DNA from: Bacteroidaceae bacterium
GTDB taxonomy: Bacteria; Bacillota; Clostridia; Lachnospirales; Lachnospiraceae
Assembly (NCBI GenBank): GCA_963630275.1
Contig: CAVGMD010000001.1
Location: 3,268 to 67,267, forward strand
Direction of reading: 5' to 3'
Length of the DNA: 64,000 nt
The notes under the pieces were generated by a model. The model ran no database searches. It was not told where the DNA came from and saw only the letters and a list, made by a program, of their open reading frames with translations. This document shows positions 8,466 to 18,373 of the stretch, in pieces (positions within the stretch are counted from its first letter, which is position 1; the number at the start of each line of letters is the position of its first letter). A program made the translations under genes and the position numbers.

Positions 8466-10304
8466 TTAATTTTTATCATCCAGCTTCAGAACACTCATAA
8501 ATGCCTTCTGGGGGATCTCTACGCTGCCAAACTGACGCATACGCTTTTTACCCTCTTTCTGCTTCTCCAGCAGCTTCTTCTTACGGGTAATATCACCACC
8601 GTAGCATTTCGCCAGCACGTCCTTACGCATGGCCTTTACGGTCTCTCTGGCAATGACCTTGCCGCCGATGGCTGCCTGAATGGGAATCTCGAAAAGGTGT
8701 CTGGGGATCTCGTCCTTCAGCTTCTCACACATCTTGCGTCCTCTCTCGTAGGCGGAATCCGCACAGACGATAAAGGACAGGGCATCCACTTCCTCACGGT
8801 TAATGAGGATGTCCAGTTTCACCAGATTGGATCTCTCGTAACCCTTTAAGTCATAGTCAAAAGAAGCATAACCGCGGGAACGGGATTTTAACGCATCGAA
8901 GAAATCATAAATGATCTCATTTAAGGGCAGTTCGTATTTTAACAGTGCTCTGGTACCCTCGATGTATTCCATACCGAGGTATTTGCCCCGGCGTTCCTGA
9001 CACAGTTCCATAATAGAACCGATGAATTCGGAAGTCACCATGATCTCCGCATTTACCACCGGTTCTTCCATGTATTCGATTTCGGAAGGATCCGGCAGGT
9101 TGGAGGGGTTGGTCAGTTCGATCACTTCCCCGTTGGTCTTGTGTACCTTATAGACTACGCCGGGAGCGGTGGTCACCAGGTCGAGGTTGTACTCTCTCTC
9201 CAGACGCTCCTGAATGATCTCCAAGTGCAACAGTCCTAAGAATCCGCAGCGGAAACCAAATCCCAGTGCCACGGAAGTCTCCGGTTCATAGAACAGGGAT
9301 GCATCGTTTAACTGTAATTTTTCCAGTGCGTCCCGCAGATCCGGGTATTTGGAACCGTCTGCGGGATACAGTCCGCAGTATACCATGGACTGTACTTTTT
9401 TATAACCGGGCAGGGGCTCTGCGCAGGGATTGTTGTCATCCGTCACAGTATCACCCACCGCCGTATCCTTTACATTTTTAATGGAAGCGGTAATATAGCC
9501 TACCATTCCGGCGGAAAGCTCGTCACAGGGGATGAACTGTCCCGCGCCAAAGTAACCGACTTCCACAACTTCTTCCTTCGCTCCGGTAGCCATCATGCGG
9601 ATCATGGTACCTTTTTTCACCGTACCTTCCATGACACGGCAGAATATGATAACGCCTTTATAGGAATCGTATACGGAATCGAAGATCAGTGCCTGCAGCG
9701 GCTTGTCGGGGCTTCCCTTGGGAGCGGGGATCTTTTTCACGATCTGCTCTAAGACTTCCTCGATGCCGATACCGTTCTTCGCGGAAATTAACGGCGCATC
9801 CTGTGCCTCGATGCCGATGACATCTTCGATCTCCTCGATGACTCTCTGGGGATCCGCGCTGGGCAGGTCGATTTTATTAATCACCGGAAATACATCCAGG
9901 TCATGATCCAGTGCCAGATAGACATTCGCCAGAGTCTGCGCCTCAATGCCCTGCGCCGCATCCACGACGAGAATCGCGCCGTCGCAGGCTGCCAGGGAAC
10001 GGCTGACCTCGTAATTAAAGTCTACATGTCCCGGGGTATCGATGAGGTTGAAAATGTACTCCTCTCCGTCCTGTGCCTTATATACGGTACGCACGGCCTG
10101 TGCCTTGATGGTGATGCCACGTTCTCTCTCCAGGTCCATGTTGTCCAGCACCTGTGCCTGCATCTCTCTGCTGGTGAGCAGACCGGTCTTCTCGATAATG
10201 CGGTCTGCCAGGGTGGATTTACCGTGATCTATATGTGCCACAATACAAAAATTGCGGATCTTGCTCTGGTCTATTGCTGCCATACTACTGTCCTTTCCTG
10301 ACAT
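8466..10304 (-). CDS. lepA: Translation elongation factor 4 (LepA)
   Basis: 612 aa. It has [28 protein letters not shown] and NKID, plus the LepA-specific C-terminal domain. The alternative start at 10283 ([12 protein letters not shown]) is equally plausible. Confidence 0.95.
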   Translation of the reverse strand: MSGKDSSMAAIDQSKIRNFCIVAHIDHGKSTLADRIIEKTGLLTSREMQAQVLDNMDLERERGITIKAQAVRTVYKAQDGEEYIFNLIDTPGHVDFNYEVSRSLAACDGAILVVDAAQGIEAQTLANVYLALDHDLDVFPVINKIDLPSADPQRVIEEIEDVIGIEAQDAPLISAKNGIGIEEVLEQIVKKIPAPKGSPDKPLQALIFDSVYDSYKGVIIFCRVMEGTVKKGTMIRMMATGAKEEVVEVGYFGAGQFIPCDELSAGMVGYITASIKNVKDTAVGDTVTDDNNPCAEPLPGYKKVQSMVYCGLYPADGSKYPDLRDALEKLQLNDASLFYEPETSVALGFGFRCGFLGLLHLEIIQERLEREYNLDLVTTAPGVVYKVHKTNGEVIELTNPSNLPDPSEIEYMEEPVVNAEIMVTSEFIGSIMELCQERRGKYLGMEYIEGTRALLKYELPLNEIIYDFFDALKSRSRGYASFDYDLKGYERSNLVKLDILINREEVDALSFIVCADSAYERGRKMCEKLKDEIPRHLFEIPIQAAIGGKVIARETVKAMRKDVLAKCYGGDITRKKKLLEKQKEGKKRMRQFGSVEIPQKAFMSVLKLDDKN

Positions 10305-10373
10305 ATTCTTACGTCTGACAATTGTAGCATAAATTCCGCATTCTTGTCTATGTTTTTGCTTCGATTCCTTGTC

Positions 10374-11552
10374 TTATTCTCCCCTTAGCACCATATCCAG
10401 GATATGTGCCAGCGGATCACAGGCATTCATGGCTTCCTCCAGCGTATTGTTCTGCGCTCCCAGTTCCACCAGCAGGGTCCGGGGGCGTAAATGCATATTG
10501 TAACGGTAGCCCTTTAAGTAGATCCGGCGGGTCAGCCCCGGATAATATTCCGCCGCCTTTAACTGCATCTGAAAAGAAAATGCCAGGTTCGCCTCCTGGT
10601 TCTCATTCTGAAGATAGTCGATATCTCCCGTCTTGCGGGTACGGCTGAGTCCGTTAAAAAACATAAAACGTGCGGTGGGCCTGCCCTGAAGATCCGTCAC
10701 CAGTCTGGTCCCCTCCGCCACCTCATCCCGGTGCAGATCTATGATCACCTGCAGGGAAGGATTCTCTGTAAGGATCTGTTCCACCACCGGAAGGGCTTTG
10801 GAATACGCATTGTCTCTGGTCTCCACATCGTACTCACCGGTATGGTGTAATACGCGATAGCCGTACTGTTCTGTCAGGATCTGTGTCAGGTACTCTCCCA
10901 CCCCTACGATACCGGTATTCACATCTCCCGGTACCGAATCTGCAAAAGCTTCCTGGGAATGGGTATGATAGATCAGAATCTGCGGTCCCTCTCCCTCTTT
11001 TGTCAGTGTCATATCCATCCCCAGAAGCTTCTCCGCGGACAGCTGGTCACTGCCCGCCATGGTATTGGCATCGATGGCATAGAAATTCTGTACCAGAGTC
11101 TCATAATCGTTCAGCTGTGTTCTGTCGATCTGCATCTGTCTGGCTGCCGGATGAAATTCTCCTGCCACCGTCCCGATCATCTGCTCCACAGGCTCCGGAT
11201 TCTGCACGGTCTGTGTCTGTTCTTCCGGAGACTGCGGAAGCAGAAGTTCCTCACTGATCAGATCCTCCGTGGTCAGTGTCCTGCAGGTGGTCTCATCCTC
11301 CGCAATCTGCGTTTTGGGCTCCGGCAGACTTCCGTAACCAAGCAGCGGAACCACCTCTTCCATGCTCTGCCGAAACAGCCATCCGGTGCTTCCGTTCTCT
11401 CCCCGGGAAACGCCTGCTCCGGTAAACACCGGGAATTCATTTGTTCCGCCATCCACCAACAACAGTCCGCAGACAACCGCCAGGAAAAGCAGCATCCGCC
11501 CCCCGGCGGCATTCTCAGGTTTCTTCACTGTCCACGCTTTCCTTCCGCACAT
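10374..11552 (-). CDS. spoIIP: Stage II sporulation protein P (SpoIIP)
   Basis: 392 aa. It has an N-terminal TM segment and the SpoIIP core (ILIYHTHSQEAF, VIIDLHRD, FFNGLS). It lies directly downstream of gpr, as in other endospore formers. Confidence 0.85.
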   Translation of the reverse strand: MCGRKAWTVKKPENAAGGRMLLFLAVVCGLLLVDGGTNEFPVFTGAGVSRGENGSTGWLFRQSMEEVVPLLGYGSLPEPKTQIAEDETTCRTLTTEDLISEELLLPQSPEEQTQTVQNPEPVEQMIGTVAGEFHPAARQMQIDRTQLNDYETLVQNFYAIDANTMAGSDQLSAEKLLGMDMTLTKEGEGPQILIYHTHSQEAFADSVPGDVNTGIVGVGEYLTQILTEQYGYRVLHHTGEYDVETRDNAYSKALPVVEQILTENPSLQVIIDLHRDEVAEGTRLVTDLQGRPTARFMFFNGLSRTRKTGDIDYLQNENQEANLAFSFQMQLKAAEYYPGLTRRIYLKGYRYNMHLRPRTLLVELGAQNNTLEEAMNACDPLAHILDMVLRGE

Positions 11553-11572
11553 TCTCCTTTATATATATGCGT

Positions 11573-12493
11573 CTATACCCAGTTTTTTTCCATGGCAATA
11601 TTGATTCCTTCGGATACAGTGTAGCTGACCCGCTTAATGACGGAATCAATATCTTTTCCAGTCATATACATATTGTTCAGCTCAGCGAATGCCATCCGGT
11701 GCTGCCCCATATATTTGACGGCGTCGAATTCTTTTTCCCCACTCATCAGTTTCTCCAGGGCATCTCCCACAATGGTGGCAGCATCCACTACCGTAGGGAT
11801 CCCGATAGCGATCACCGGCACCCCCAGTGTCTCTTCCGTCAGGGCATTGCGGTGATTCCCCACGCCGGAGCCGGGCTGGATGCCGGTATTCGTGATCTGG
11901 ATCGTGCGGTTTAGCCTTCTGGTACTGCGGGCTGCCAGGGCATCCACCACGATCAGTACATCCGGCTCCGTCTCTTTCACCACTCCGCCTATGATCTCCG
12001 CCGTCTCCATGCCGGTCTTTGCCATCACCCCCGGCTCGATACTGCTGACCAGATTCATGCGGGTGCAGTTATAGGCTGCCTTGCCATAAGCTCTGACCAC
12101 ATGTCTGGTGATCAACAGATTGTCCACCACCTGTGGACCTAGGGCATCCGCAGTCACTTCCCGGTTCCCCAGTCCCACGATCAATACTTCCAGTTCTTCC
12201 TGCTCCTGTGGCAGCATTTTCAGCAGTTCTTCCGCCAGTGCCTCCGAGATCTCTCTGTGGTAATCATCATCCGGTTCCACCATGGCGGGAGCTTCCATGG
12301 TCACATAGACTCCCATTGGTTTTCCCAGTGTTTTTTCCGCATTTTTGGTGTCAATGGTCACCTTGGTGATCCGGATATCCGTCTCCTCTTCATAGTGTTC
12401 TTCCACTGACACTCCCCGCAGTTTGCTCTCTTCCTCATTGACGCTTTCCCGCGCCTCCAGCGCCAGGTCTGTTCTGATCTGAAAAGTCTCCAT
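11573..12493 (-). CDS. gpr: GPR endopeptidase (spore germination protease)
   Basis: 306 aa. The N-terminus is RTDLALEARE, and it also has GLGN..VT.DALGP and DALAARS motifs. Confidence 0.9.
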   Translation of the reverse strand: METFQIRTDLALEARESVNEEESKLRGVSVEEHYEEETDIRITKVTIDTKNAEKTLGKPMGVYVTMEAPAMVEPDDDYHREISEALAEELLKMLPQEQEELEVLIVGLGNREVTADALGPQVVDNLLITRHVVRAYGKAAYNCTRMNLVSSIEPGVMAKTGMETAEIIGGVVKETEPDVLIVVDALAARSTRRLNRTIQITNTGIQPGSGVGNHRNALTEETLGVPVIAIGIPTVVDAATIVGDALEKLMSGEKEFDAVKYMGQHRMAFAELNNMYMTGKDIDSVIKRVSYTVSEGINIAMEKNWV

Positions 12494-12569
12494 TTTTCTA
12501 CCCTCTGTCCGCCTTTCGTAGATACCATATTTTGTGTAATATTTTTTGCAAAAATCCGCAAAATATGTA

Positions 12570-12598
12570 TTGACAAAAGCTGGCAGATTGTCTAAACT
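12570..12598 (+). promoter_or_regulatory. Sigma-A promoter candidate for rpsT
   Basis: TTGACA (12570-12575), a 17-nt spacer, then TAAACT (12593-12598). This is about 95 nt upstream of the rpsT start. Confidence 0.5.
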
Positions 12599-12694
12599 AC
12601 AATGGTATGTTTACGTTAGTCTTCCGTGTCTGGCTAAAGTGAAACATTTCTTGTAAATTATAATTTTATTGTATACATTATGGAGGTGTACGAC

Positions 12695-12958
12695 TTGGCT
12701 AACATTAAATCTGCAAAAAAGAGAATTTTAGTATCCCGCACAAGAGCTGACAGAAACAAGGCTATCCGTTCCGGCGTTAAGACCGCTATCAAGAAGGTAT
12801 ACGCTGTAATCGAGACCGGTGATAAGGAAGCTGCTAAGGCTGAACTGGCTGCTGCTACCAAGACCATCGAGATGGCTACTTCTAAGGGCGTTTACCACAA
12901 GAACAACGCTGCAAGAAAGGTTTCCCGTCTGAGCAAAGCTGTTAACGGAATGGCTTAA
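12695..12958 (+). CDS. rpsT: 30S ribosomal protein S20
   Basis: It has ANIKSAKKR....R.....N....S..KT.IKK. I prefer the TTG at 12695, which has a GGAGGTG RBS at 12682-12688. The track ATG at 12680 overlaps that RBS. Confidence 0.9.
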   Translation: MANIKSAKKRILVSRTRADRNKAIRSGVKTAIKKVYAVIETGDKEAAKAELAAATKTIEMATSKGVYHKNNAARKVSRLSKAVNGMA

Positions 12959-12993
12959 TTTTTCTTGAACCGATACAGAATTTAAGACATACA

Positions 12994-13028
12994 AAAAGCA
13001 CCTATACCGTCATGTAGGTGCTTTTATT
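12994..13028. terminator. Bidirectional intrinsic terminator (rpsT, and the convergent TPM-domain gene)
   Basis: AAAAGCACCTA (12994-13004) pairs with TAGGTGCTTTT (13014-13024). T-runs follow the stem on both strands. Confidence 0.7.
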
Positions 13029-13078
13029 GTGCAATTTAATATGGCGCAGGTGATAAGCCCGCGCATATTATTTTTTGT

Positions 13079-14008
13079 TTATCTTCTATGTCCACCACCG
13101 CCGTGGCTTACGCCGCTGCTGCTGGTGTGGCTTCCGCCATGCCCTCCGCTGTGATGGCTGCTTCCGCCGCTACTACTGCTGGTCTCGATTCTTCTGGTAA
13201 CCACATTCTTACGCAGATACTGGTCTCTGGTATTGTTGATCTTAGGCTTTTTGCCGTCGACATACTGGTTCGTTGCGGTGGTATCTTTTGCTTTGTTCTG
13301 ATGCAGATTCACCGCTGCATAAATCAGTGCAACCACAAGTCCCGTCAGGATCCAGGGTGCAAAGGTCATAGGCATGGGTTCCTTACTCTCTTCCATGGTC
13401 CTGGTCACATAAGTCACACAGGCCTTATATGCCTTATAAGGACTCTCCTCTATGTAGTCATCCACTGCATATAATGCCTGGTCGATCTCATAATTTCCGA
13501 AATAGTCATAGACATTTCCGCAGGTGGACAGCCAGCTTCCCTTCTGTCCCTCATAGGAATTATCCAAAAGCAATACACCGTTGCCTTGTACTTTGTTATA
13601 GCCGTAATTATTGTAATCGTAGAAGTTATCCGCCAGATCTCTCATGGCAGTGCTCCAGTCGGTGCTGCCGACTTCTTTCGCATGGAATGCCTCCGGCAGA
13701 TTGGGATTCTGTAAATCATACTCTACCGATTCGGAGATCGTTACGATGACGATATCCGCCCGGATTTTCTCCTCGCACTCTGCGATATATTCCCGCAGAC
13801 TCTGCTCCTCTTCGTCCGTCAGCATATCCGCATAGTCATACACACGCTCCGCGGGCTCCTGATTGTTCCCCCTGACGGTCTTGGGAGTAAGCAGATGAAC
13901 AACTGCCGCTCCGATGGTAATTACCGCCAGTATTCCGGCAATGATAAACCATACCTTAAAATATTTGAAGTACTGTCTCAGCGCTTCTCTCTTAATATCT
14001 TTTTCCAT
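13079..14008 (-). CDS. TPM-domain membrane protein (YgcG/YdjH-like)
   Basis: 309 aa. It has an N-terminal TM segment and a TPM-type start (VYDYADMLTDEEEQSL...IRADIVIVTI). A second TM segment is followed by a Gly/Ser/His-rich tail, SSSSGGSSHHSGGHGGSHTSSSGVSHGGGGHRR. Confidence 0.7.
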   Translation of the reverse strand: MEKDIKREALRQYFKYFKVWFIIAGILAVITIGAAVVHLLTPKTVRGNNQEPAERVYDYADMLTDEEEQSLREYIAECEEKIRADIVIVTISESVEYDLQNPNLPEAFHAKEVGSTDWSTAMRDLADNFYDYNNYGYNKVQGNGVLLLDNSYEGQKGSWLSTCGNVYDYFGNYEIDQALYAVDDYIEESPYKAYKACVTYVTRTMEESKEPMPMTFAPWILTGLVVALIYAAVNLHQNKAKDTTATNQYVDGKKPKINNTRDQYLRKNVVTRRIETSSSSGGSSHHSGGHGGSHTSSSGVSHGGGGHRR

Positions 14009-14035
14009 TGTCCCGTTATCCTTCCCTCATAATCT

Positions 14036-15070
14036 CTACAGCAGACTGGCAATCGCATTTACCATGCACAGGATTGCCGCTAGCGTCACGCCAAGTGTTC
14101 CCGCGTAAGCCCATACTTTGGCTTTGGAGATTGGCGCGATACCTACCAGTTTACCGGTCTGTCCGTTCACATAGAAAGGATACTCTTTCCCTTTATAGGT
14201 ATAATCATACTTCCATACCGGCAGAAGTCCGTAGTTTACAGCACTGTCTGTTACGCTGATATTTTCTCCCAGCTTGCGGACGCTGGAATATCCGGAATAG
14301 CTGTCATGCAGCATCTTCTGCGCATCCTCCTGCATCTTCGCCTTCGCACGGCTCTCCACTAGGTCGGAAGTCATATTGTAACGCTCACTGTAGAATCCGG
14401 ACAAGTACTCCGGCTTGAACTCCTGCAGATCCTTATAATCAAAAGGTTCCATAAGATCCATGACATCATCCGGCATTCCGATGGATGCATCCACCGGGAT
14501 CTTCACGAAATCAATATCCATATCACGGACAACATCATAATAAGAAGTCTCCGTATACTGCGTGTTGCCGGTAGTCCAGCTGCGCACCTTGGTGCCCTCA
14601 CCGTGGAAGGTACAGTTGGTGTTGTAATCATAGAACCAGAACGGTACATAATCTCCGTGAATACCGTTCATTCTTACCTCTGACAGGAAATCCGTCGGTG
14701 CAAAAACGCATTTTTCAAACTTATCACGGATCAGCTTCTTGCAGACTTCCTTGCCCATACGGAACGGGATCAGCATATGCGGTGTGTAATCACCTGCAAT
14801 CTGTTCATCCACGATCACATAATTGTCACAGTAGGGACACTGGGTCGCGGAAGTGCTGACTGTCATGGGAATCTCACCGCCACAGTTCGGACATACCTTC
14901 GTCACCTTTTTCTGAGCATCTTCTGCAGTACCATTCTCTTCACCACTGGTCTCGATGACACCATCCTGACGCTCTTCACTGTCCTCACTTTCACAGAAAG
15001 GACAGAACATTTTCTTTCTCTCCGGGCTGTAGACCACATTACCGCCGCAGTTTTTACACTTAAAGATCAT
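14036..15070 (-). CDS. Double zinc-ribbon membrane-anchored protein (YdjG-like)
   Basis: There are two CxxC...CxxC ribbons (CKNCGG..CPFC and CPNCGG..CPYC) and a C-terminal TM anchor. I prefer the start at 15070 (MIFKCKNCGG) to the track start at 15169. Confidence 0.6.
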   Translation of the reverse strand: MIFKCKNCGGNVVYSPERKKMFCPFCESEDSEERQDGVIETSGEENGTAEDAQKKVTKVCPNCGGEIPMTVSTSATQCPYCDNYVIVDEQIAGDYTPHMLIPFRMGKEVCKKLIRDKFEKCVFAPTDFLSEVRMNGIHGDYVPFWFYDYNTNCTFHGEGTKVRSWTTGNTQYTETSYYDVVRDMDIDFVKIPVDASIGMPDDVMDLMEPFDYKDLQEFKPEYLSGFYSERYNMTSDLVESRAKAKMQEDAQKMLHDSYSGYSSVRKLGENISVTDSAVNYGLLPVWKYDYTYKGKEYPFYVNGQTGKLVGIAPISKAKVWAYAGTLGVTLAAILCMVNAIASLL

Positions 15071-15211
15071 CTTACCCCTCGCCTTCTGCCTTTTACGACA
15101 TTTTTCTTGGTAGAACCTTACTGATCTTACCATACATTTTCGCGTATTTCCATAGATGAATATGCACATAAGCTTTTCTTATCGTTCGGATCACCGCGCT
15201 CTTAAGCCTTT

Positions 15212-15748
15212 TTAAGCGTTCATCAGATCCTCATAATCCTCCGGCAGGAATCGGTGATAAATCACATGACATCCTTCATCCCGGAAGCAGTAACAATAAG
15301 GATCCCCCATCTCCTCTGGGAAACGGATCATGACATCAAAGCCCTCTCCCTGCATCTCTTCTATATAGATATTCTCACTGTACCGCAAAAATAATTGCCG
15401 GATATCCTCGATCTTACAGCCGTGCTGTCCGATCAACCGGATCAGTTCACAGATAAATCCCGTCTCCGCAAAATGCTCATGGACATAGGCACTGCCCTCC
15501 TCCGGAATACAGAGGCAGAACCGATCCCCTCTGCGGGTAACGGTGAGTTTCCCAAGCTTCTCTGTCATACTCTCCGGCTGTCCGGTCAGAGTGACTTCCA
15601 TCTCCTCTGCCGTATCTGCAGTATCCAGCAAATGGTTCAGTGTGGATAACGGATAATACAGGTGGATCTTCTCCCGGCGGAATCCCAGCTTGGCCTGCTC
15701 CTCCAGGATCACATCCATGAGATTTTTTTCTAATTTTTCAAATGTCAT
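15212..15748 (-). CDS. Hypothetical cytoplasmic protein with a Cys/His-rich C-terminus
   Basis: This is a 178-aa ORF with no motif I recognise (possibly a Clostridia-specific DUF). The C-terminus is DPYCYCFRDEGCHVIYHRF. Coding is supported by the tight spacing to its neighbours. Confidence 0.5.
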   Translation of the reverse strand: MTFEKLEKNLMDVILEEQAKLGFRREKIHLYYPLSTLNHLLDTADTAEEMEVTLTGQPESMTEKLGKLTVTRRGDRFCLCIPEEGSAYVHEHFAETGFICELIRLIGQHGCKIEDIRQLFLRYSENIYIEEMQGEGFDVMIRFPEEMGDPYCYCFRDEGCHVIYHRFLPEDYEDLMNA

Positions 15749-15759
15749 GACTTATTTCC

Positions 15760-17058
15760 TTATAAAAATTTATCCAGTTCCGTCTCTACGATCTGCTTTT
15801 TCTTAATCTTAGGATTACGGATCACTCTGCCCTGTGCAACGACCATATCCACGTTCCGAAGCACGCGCAGATCCTCTAACGGATTCTTCTCCACCACGAT
15901 CATATCCGCGCATTTACCGGGCTCCAGTGTACCGGTGATATCTCCGATGTCTGCCATTTCGGCGCCCCTGCAGGTAGCGGTATACAGTGCAAAAGCATTG
16001 GAGACTCCCACATACTTATGGAAATAATATAACTCTCTCCAGAAATCATACTGGGTGATCCAGGGGCATCCCACATCATTGCCCAGTACCACAGGAATAT
16101 CGTTGGCAATCGCCGCCTTCGCACAGTCAATGATACCTTCAAATACCACATTGCCGTTAAACTGTTCCACTTCGGAAGCATTGGTAATGGAACGGTCGAA
16201 CAATGCATAGGGAAGTGCCGGAGACAATGTAGTACACAGAAATGCATTGTGTTCCTTGAAAAGTGTAATCATCTCCTCATCCGCTTTTGCACCGTGTTCG
16301 ATGGAGTCTACCCCGTTTTTCAAAGCCACTTTTACGCCTTCCGGAGACTCCACGTGGGCAACCACCTTATATCCCATGGAATGTGCCTTGTCACAGACTG
16401 CCTTTACCATCTCGGGTGCCATCTTCAGTTCTCCGGGCACGCCCTTTTCCTTCGCATCCAGCACACCGCCGGTGATCATGAGTTTCACCAGATCCACCTT
16501 CTGGGCTTTTGAAGTTTCCAGATGCTGTAATGCTTCGTCTATGCTGCCGGCTGCGATAGCTACGGATCCTGCCATATGACCACTGGGAACAGAGATGCCC
16601 TCGTTCGCTGCCAGGATTCTGGGACCGGGCTTTTTGCCTGTGGCAATATCATCCCGCAATCTGGTATCAAAGTCTCCCAATCCTCCTACGGTACGAATCG
16701 TGGTCACGCCACTGTAAAGCTCGTCCTTTGCGAAACCGCAGACCATACTGTAGGCAACTGCCTTGGTCAGCCCGTTGCTCATGATTTTTTTCACCAGGGC
16801 TTCATTATCCCGCTGCTTCTTCTGCGGCTTTCCGTTGCCTGCCAGATGCACATGCATATTGATCAGACCGGGCAGGATGTACTTGCCCTGCAAATCGATC
16901 TCTTCGTAACCGGAGGCTGTCAGATTCCGCTTTCCCGCTTCTTCCACCGGCAGAATCTCCGTAATCTTCCCCTCTTCCACCAGGATGACCTGTCCTTCCT
17001 GCACCTGCATTTCCTTCGTGCCGTTCAAAATTTTCCCATTGGTAAATACGTACTTCAT
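15760..17058 (-). CDS. Amidohydrolase-family metal-dependent hydrolase
   Basis: It has the HVH metal-binding motif (LINMHVHLAGNG), a later HVE...H.. motif, and a C-terminal ..G.L.PGK.AD.IV motif typical of amidohydrolase-1 enzymes. I prefer the start at 17058 (MKYVFTNGKI), because the track start at 17163 overlaps the upstream gene. Confidence 0.75.
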   Translation of the reverse strand: MKYVFTNGKILNGTKEMQVQEGQVILVEEGKITEILPVEEAGKRNLTASGYEEIDLQGKYILPGLINMHVHLAGNGKPQKKQRDNEALVKKIMSNGLTKAVAYSMVCGFAKDELYSGVTTIRTVGGLGDFDTRLRDDIATGKKPGPRILAANEGISVPSGHMAGSVAIAAGSIDEALQHLETSKAQKVDLVKLMITGGVLDAKEKGVPGELKMAPEMVKAVCDKAHSMGYKVVAHVESPEGVKVALKNGVDSIEHGAKADEEMITLFKEHNAFLCTTLSPALPYALFDRSITNASEVEQFNGNVVFEGIIDCAKAAIANDIPVVLGNDVGCPWITQYDFWRELYYFHKYVGVSNAFALYTATCRGAEMADIGDITGTLEPGKCADMIVVEKNPLEDLRVLRNVDMVVAQGRVIRNPKIKKKQIVETELDKFL

Positions 17059-17077
17059 ATCGATACTTCTCCTTCTC

Positions 17078-18130
17078 TTAAATGTCTTCTCTGATCTCTT
17101 GTACCAGTTCCTCGCTGCATTCCGCAATGGCACAGATATCCTCATTCTGATAGCCTCTGGCAATCATGTTCCGGACGATCTGCACCGTCTTCCCGGTAGC
17201 TCCGATCTGTTCTCCGATTTGTTGTCCAATATGCTGCCCGATCTGCTCTCCGATCTCCTGTCCGATACTCCGTTCCTCTGCCCGCAGATCCATCAATGCC
17301 TTACACATATCATATATCTCCTCTCCGCTTTCCTCGATTGTCACATAATACTCCATATTCTCTGTCAGTTCCCAAAAGCCCATAAGTACAGCCATAACTG
17401 CCGCCGTATCCGCAGGCAGTCTGCGGTATGCAGGATCTGAAGATATCAGCTGCTCCAGTCTCTGTCTGTCCCCACGGCAGGCAAGTGCCTGAAATACTTC
17501 CCGCAGATCCGTGCGGAACCGGTCAAAATCGTCCTCTTCATTAATACAATATAACTTCATGGGATAATCTGCAAAAGGAAGGCGCGTCCTGACCGTCTCT
17601 TCCTCCAGATTCATCATATCCGCCAGGCACAGCGGTCCGTCCCAAATATCCTCCCCGTGGTATAAACATAATGTATACACCGGAACCAGTCTGTCCTGCT
17701 TACGGATTCCGCTGAGACGCTCTGCGTTTCTAAGTTCCCCGGTCCCCATATACCTGCTCCGCAGTTCCCGAAGCTGCTTTAAATATTCCTGTACATCATA
17801 TTCCATGCAGCGCAGAGGCATTGTATAATCCACATAGCTTTGCGCCTCCACCGCCAGTATCCGGAACATGGTACCGTCTTCCATTCTCTTCTTCACATCC
17901 CGGTATTCTTCTCTGTGCTTTCCATTCTTCGGTTTCTTACGTCTGTCACCCCTCCGTCCTCCAGGATGCCCCTGCGTTTCCGGCGGATATACCGTATAAC
18001 GCTCCGACTGTTCACTTAACATCTGCGGTTCTATCACCTGTTCTCCCTGAAAAAATACAACATTGAACAGATCTGCGAACCGGTACGCATCCCCCAGGTA
18101 CTCTTGCATGACTATTGCTGTTTCTCCCAT
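17078..18130 (-). CDS. Rpn-family recombination-promoting nuclease / putative transposase (PD-(D/E)XK, YhgA-like)
   Basis: 350 aa. It has the N-terminal FADLFN pattern, an ILAVEAQS core and MPLRCMEYD. The C-terminal region carries the short-period repeat IGQEIGEQIGQHIGQQIGEQIG. Confidence 0.65.
   Translation of the reverse strand: MGETAIVMQEYLGDAYRFADLFNVVFFQGEQVIEPQMLSEQSERYTVYPPETQGHPGGRRGDRRKKPKNGKHREEYRDVKKRMEDGTMFRILAVEAQSYVDYTMPLRCMEYDVQEYLKQLRELRSRYMGTGELRNAERLSGIRKQDRLVPVYTLCLYHGEDIWDGPLCLADMMNLEEETVRTRLPFADYPMKLYCINEEDDFDRFRTDLREVFQALACRGDRQRLEQLISSDPAYRRLPADTAAVMAVLMGFWELTENMEYYVTIEESGEEIYDMCKALMDLRAEERSIGQEIGEQIGQHIGQQIGEQIGATGKTVQIVRNMIARGYQNEDICAIAECSEELVQEIREDI
17199..17270 (-). 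repeat. Six 12-bp imperfect tandem repeats inside the Rpn-family gene
   Basis: The plus-strand units are gctccgatctgt / tctccgatttgt / tgtccaatatgc / tgcccgatctgc / tctccgatctcc / tgtccgatactc. They are in frame and encode (I-G-x-Q/E)n. Confidence 0.85.
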
Positions 18131-18330
18131 TTGTTACCTCCTTGGTAATATGATAGGAGATTCCGACAAAAATGTCTGTAGCAGCATACACGGCATTTAC
18201 GTACAAACGCATTTAACACTATGCAAAAATCACATTGGGAATACGTCAGGTCAGAATCTCCTGCTTTTAGAATGTTGGATCTTATTGAAAAAGCACGATT
18301 TTCCGACTTGTCAGATGTACCAGATTTGCC

Positions 18331-18373
18331 AAAAAGAAAACTACTATGCTTTGTATTAAACATAGCATAGTAG
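18331..18373 (-). terminator. Intrinsic terminator of the gap-pgk-tpiA operon
   Basis: CTACTATGCT (18341-18350) pairs with AGCATAGTAG (18364-18373). On the minus strand the stem is followed by TTTTCTTTTT. It lies 38 nt after the tpiA stop. Confidence 0.75.

Noticed and set aside
12494-12569. A sigma-F/sigma-G promoter for gpr in the gpr-rpsT divergent region. CAAAATAT on the minus strand fits the sigma-G -10 element.
   Set aside because: No acceptable GHATR -35 element lies at the required 17-18-nt spacing; the best is GGATT, with two mismatches. It is left unannotated.
13036-13078. A second hairpin after rpsT (AATATGGCGC...GCGCATATT followed by ATTTTTTG).
   Set aside because: The stem needs a bulge. 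It lies directly after the much better bidirectional terminator at 12994-13028, so it is probably redundant and is not listed separately.
17199-17270. Short tandem repeats here, at 45191-45280 and at 4167-4194, considered as possible CRISPR or minisatellite arrays.
   Set aside because: The units are 12-18 bp and directly abutting with no spacers. The first two arrays are in frame inside coding sequence. Nothing in the window has CRISPR repeat-spacer architecture, and no cas genes are present.
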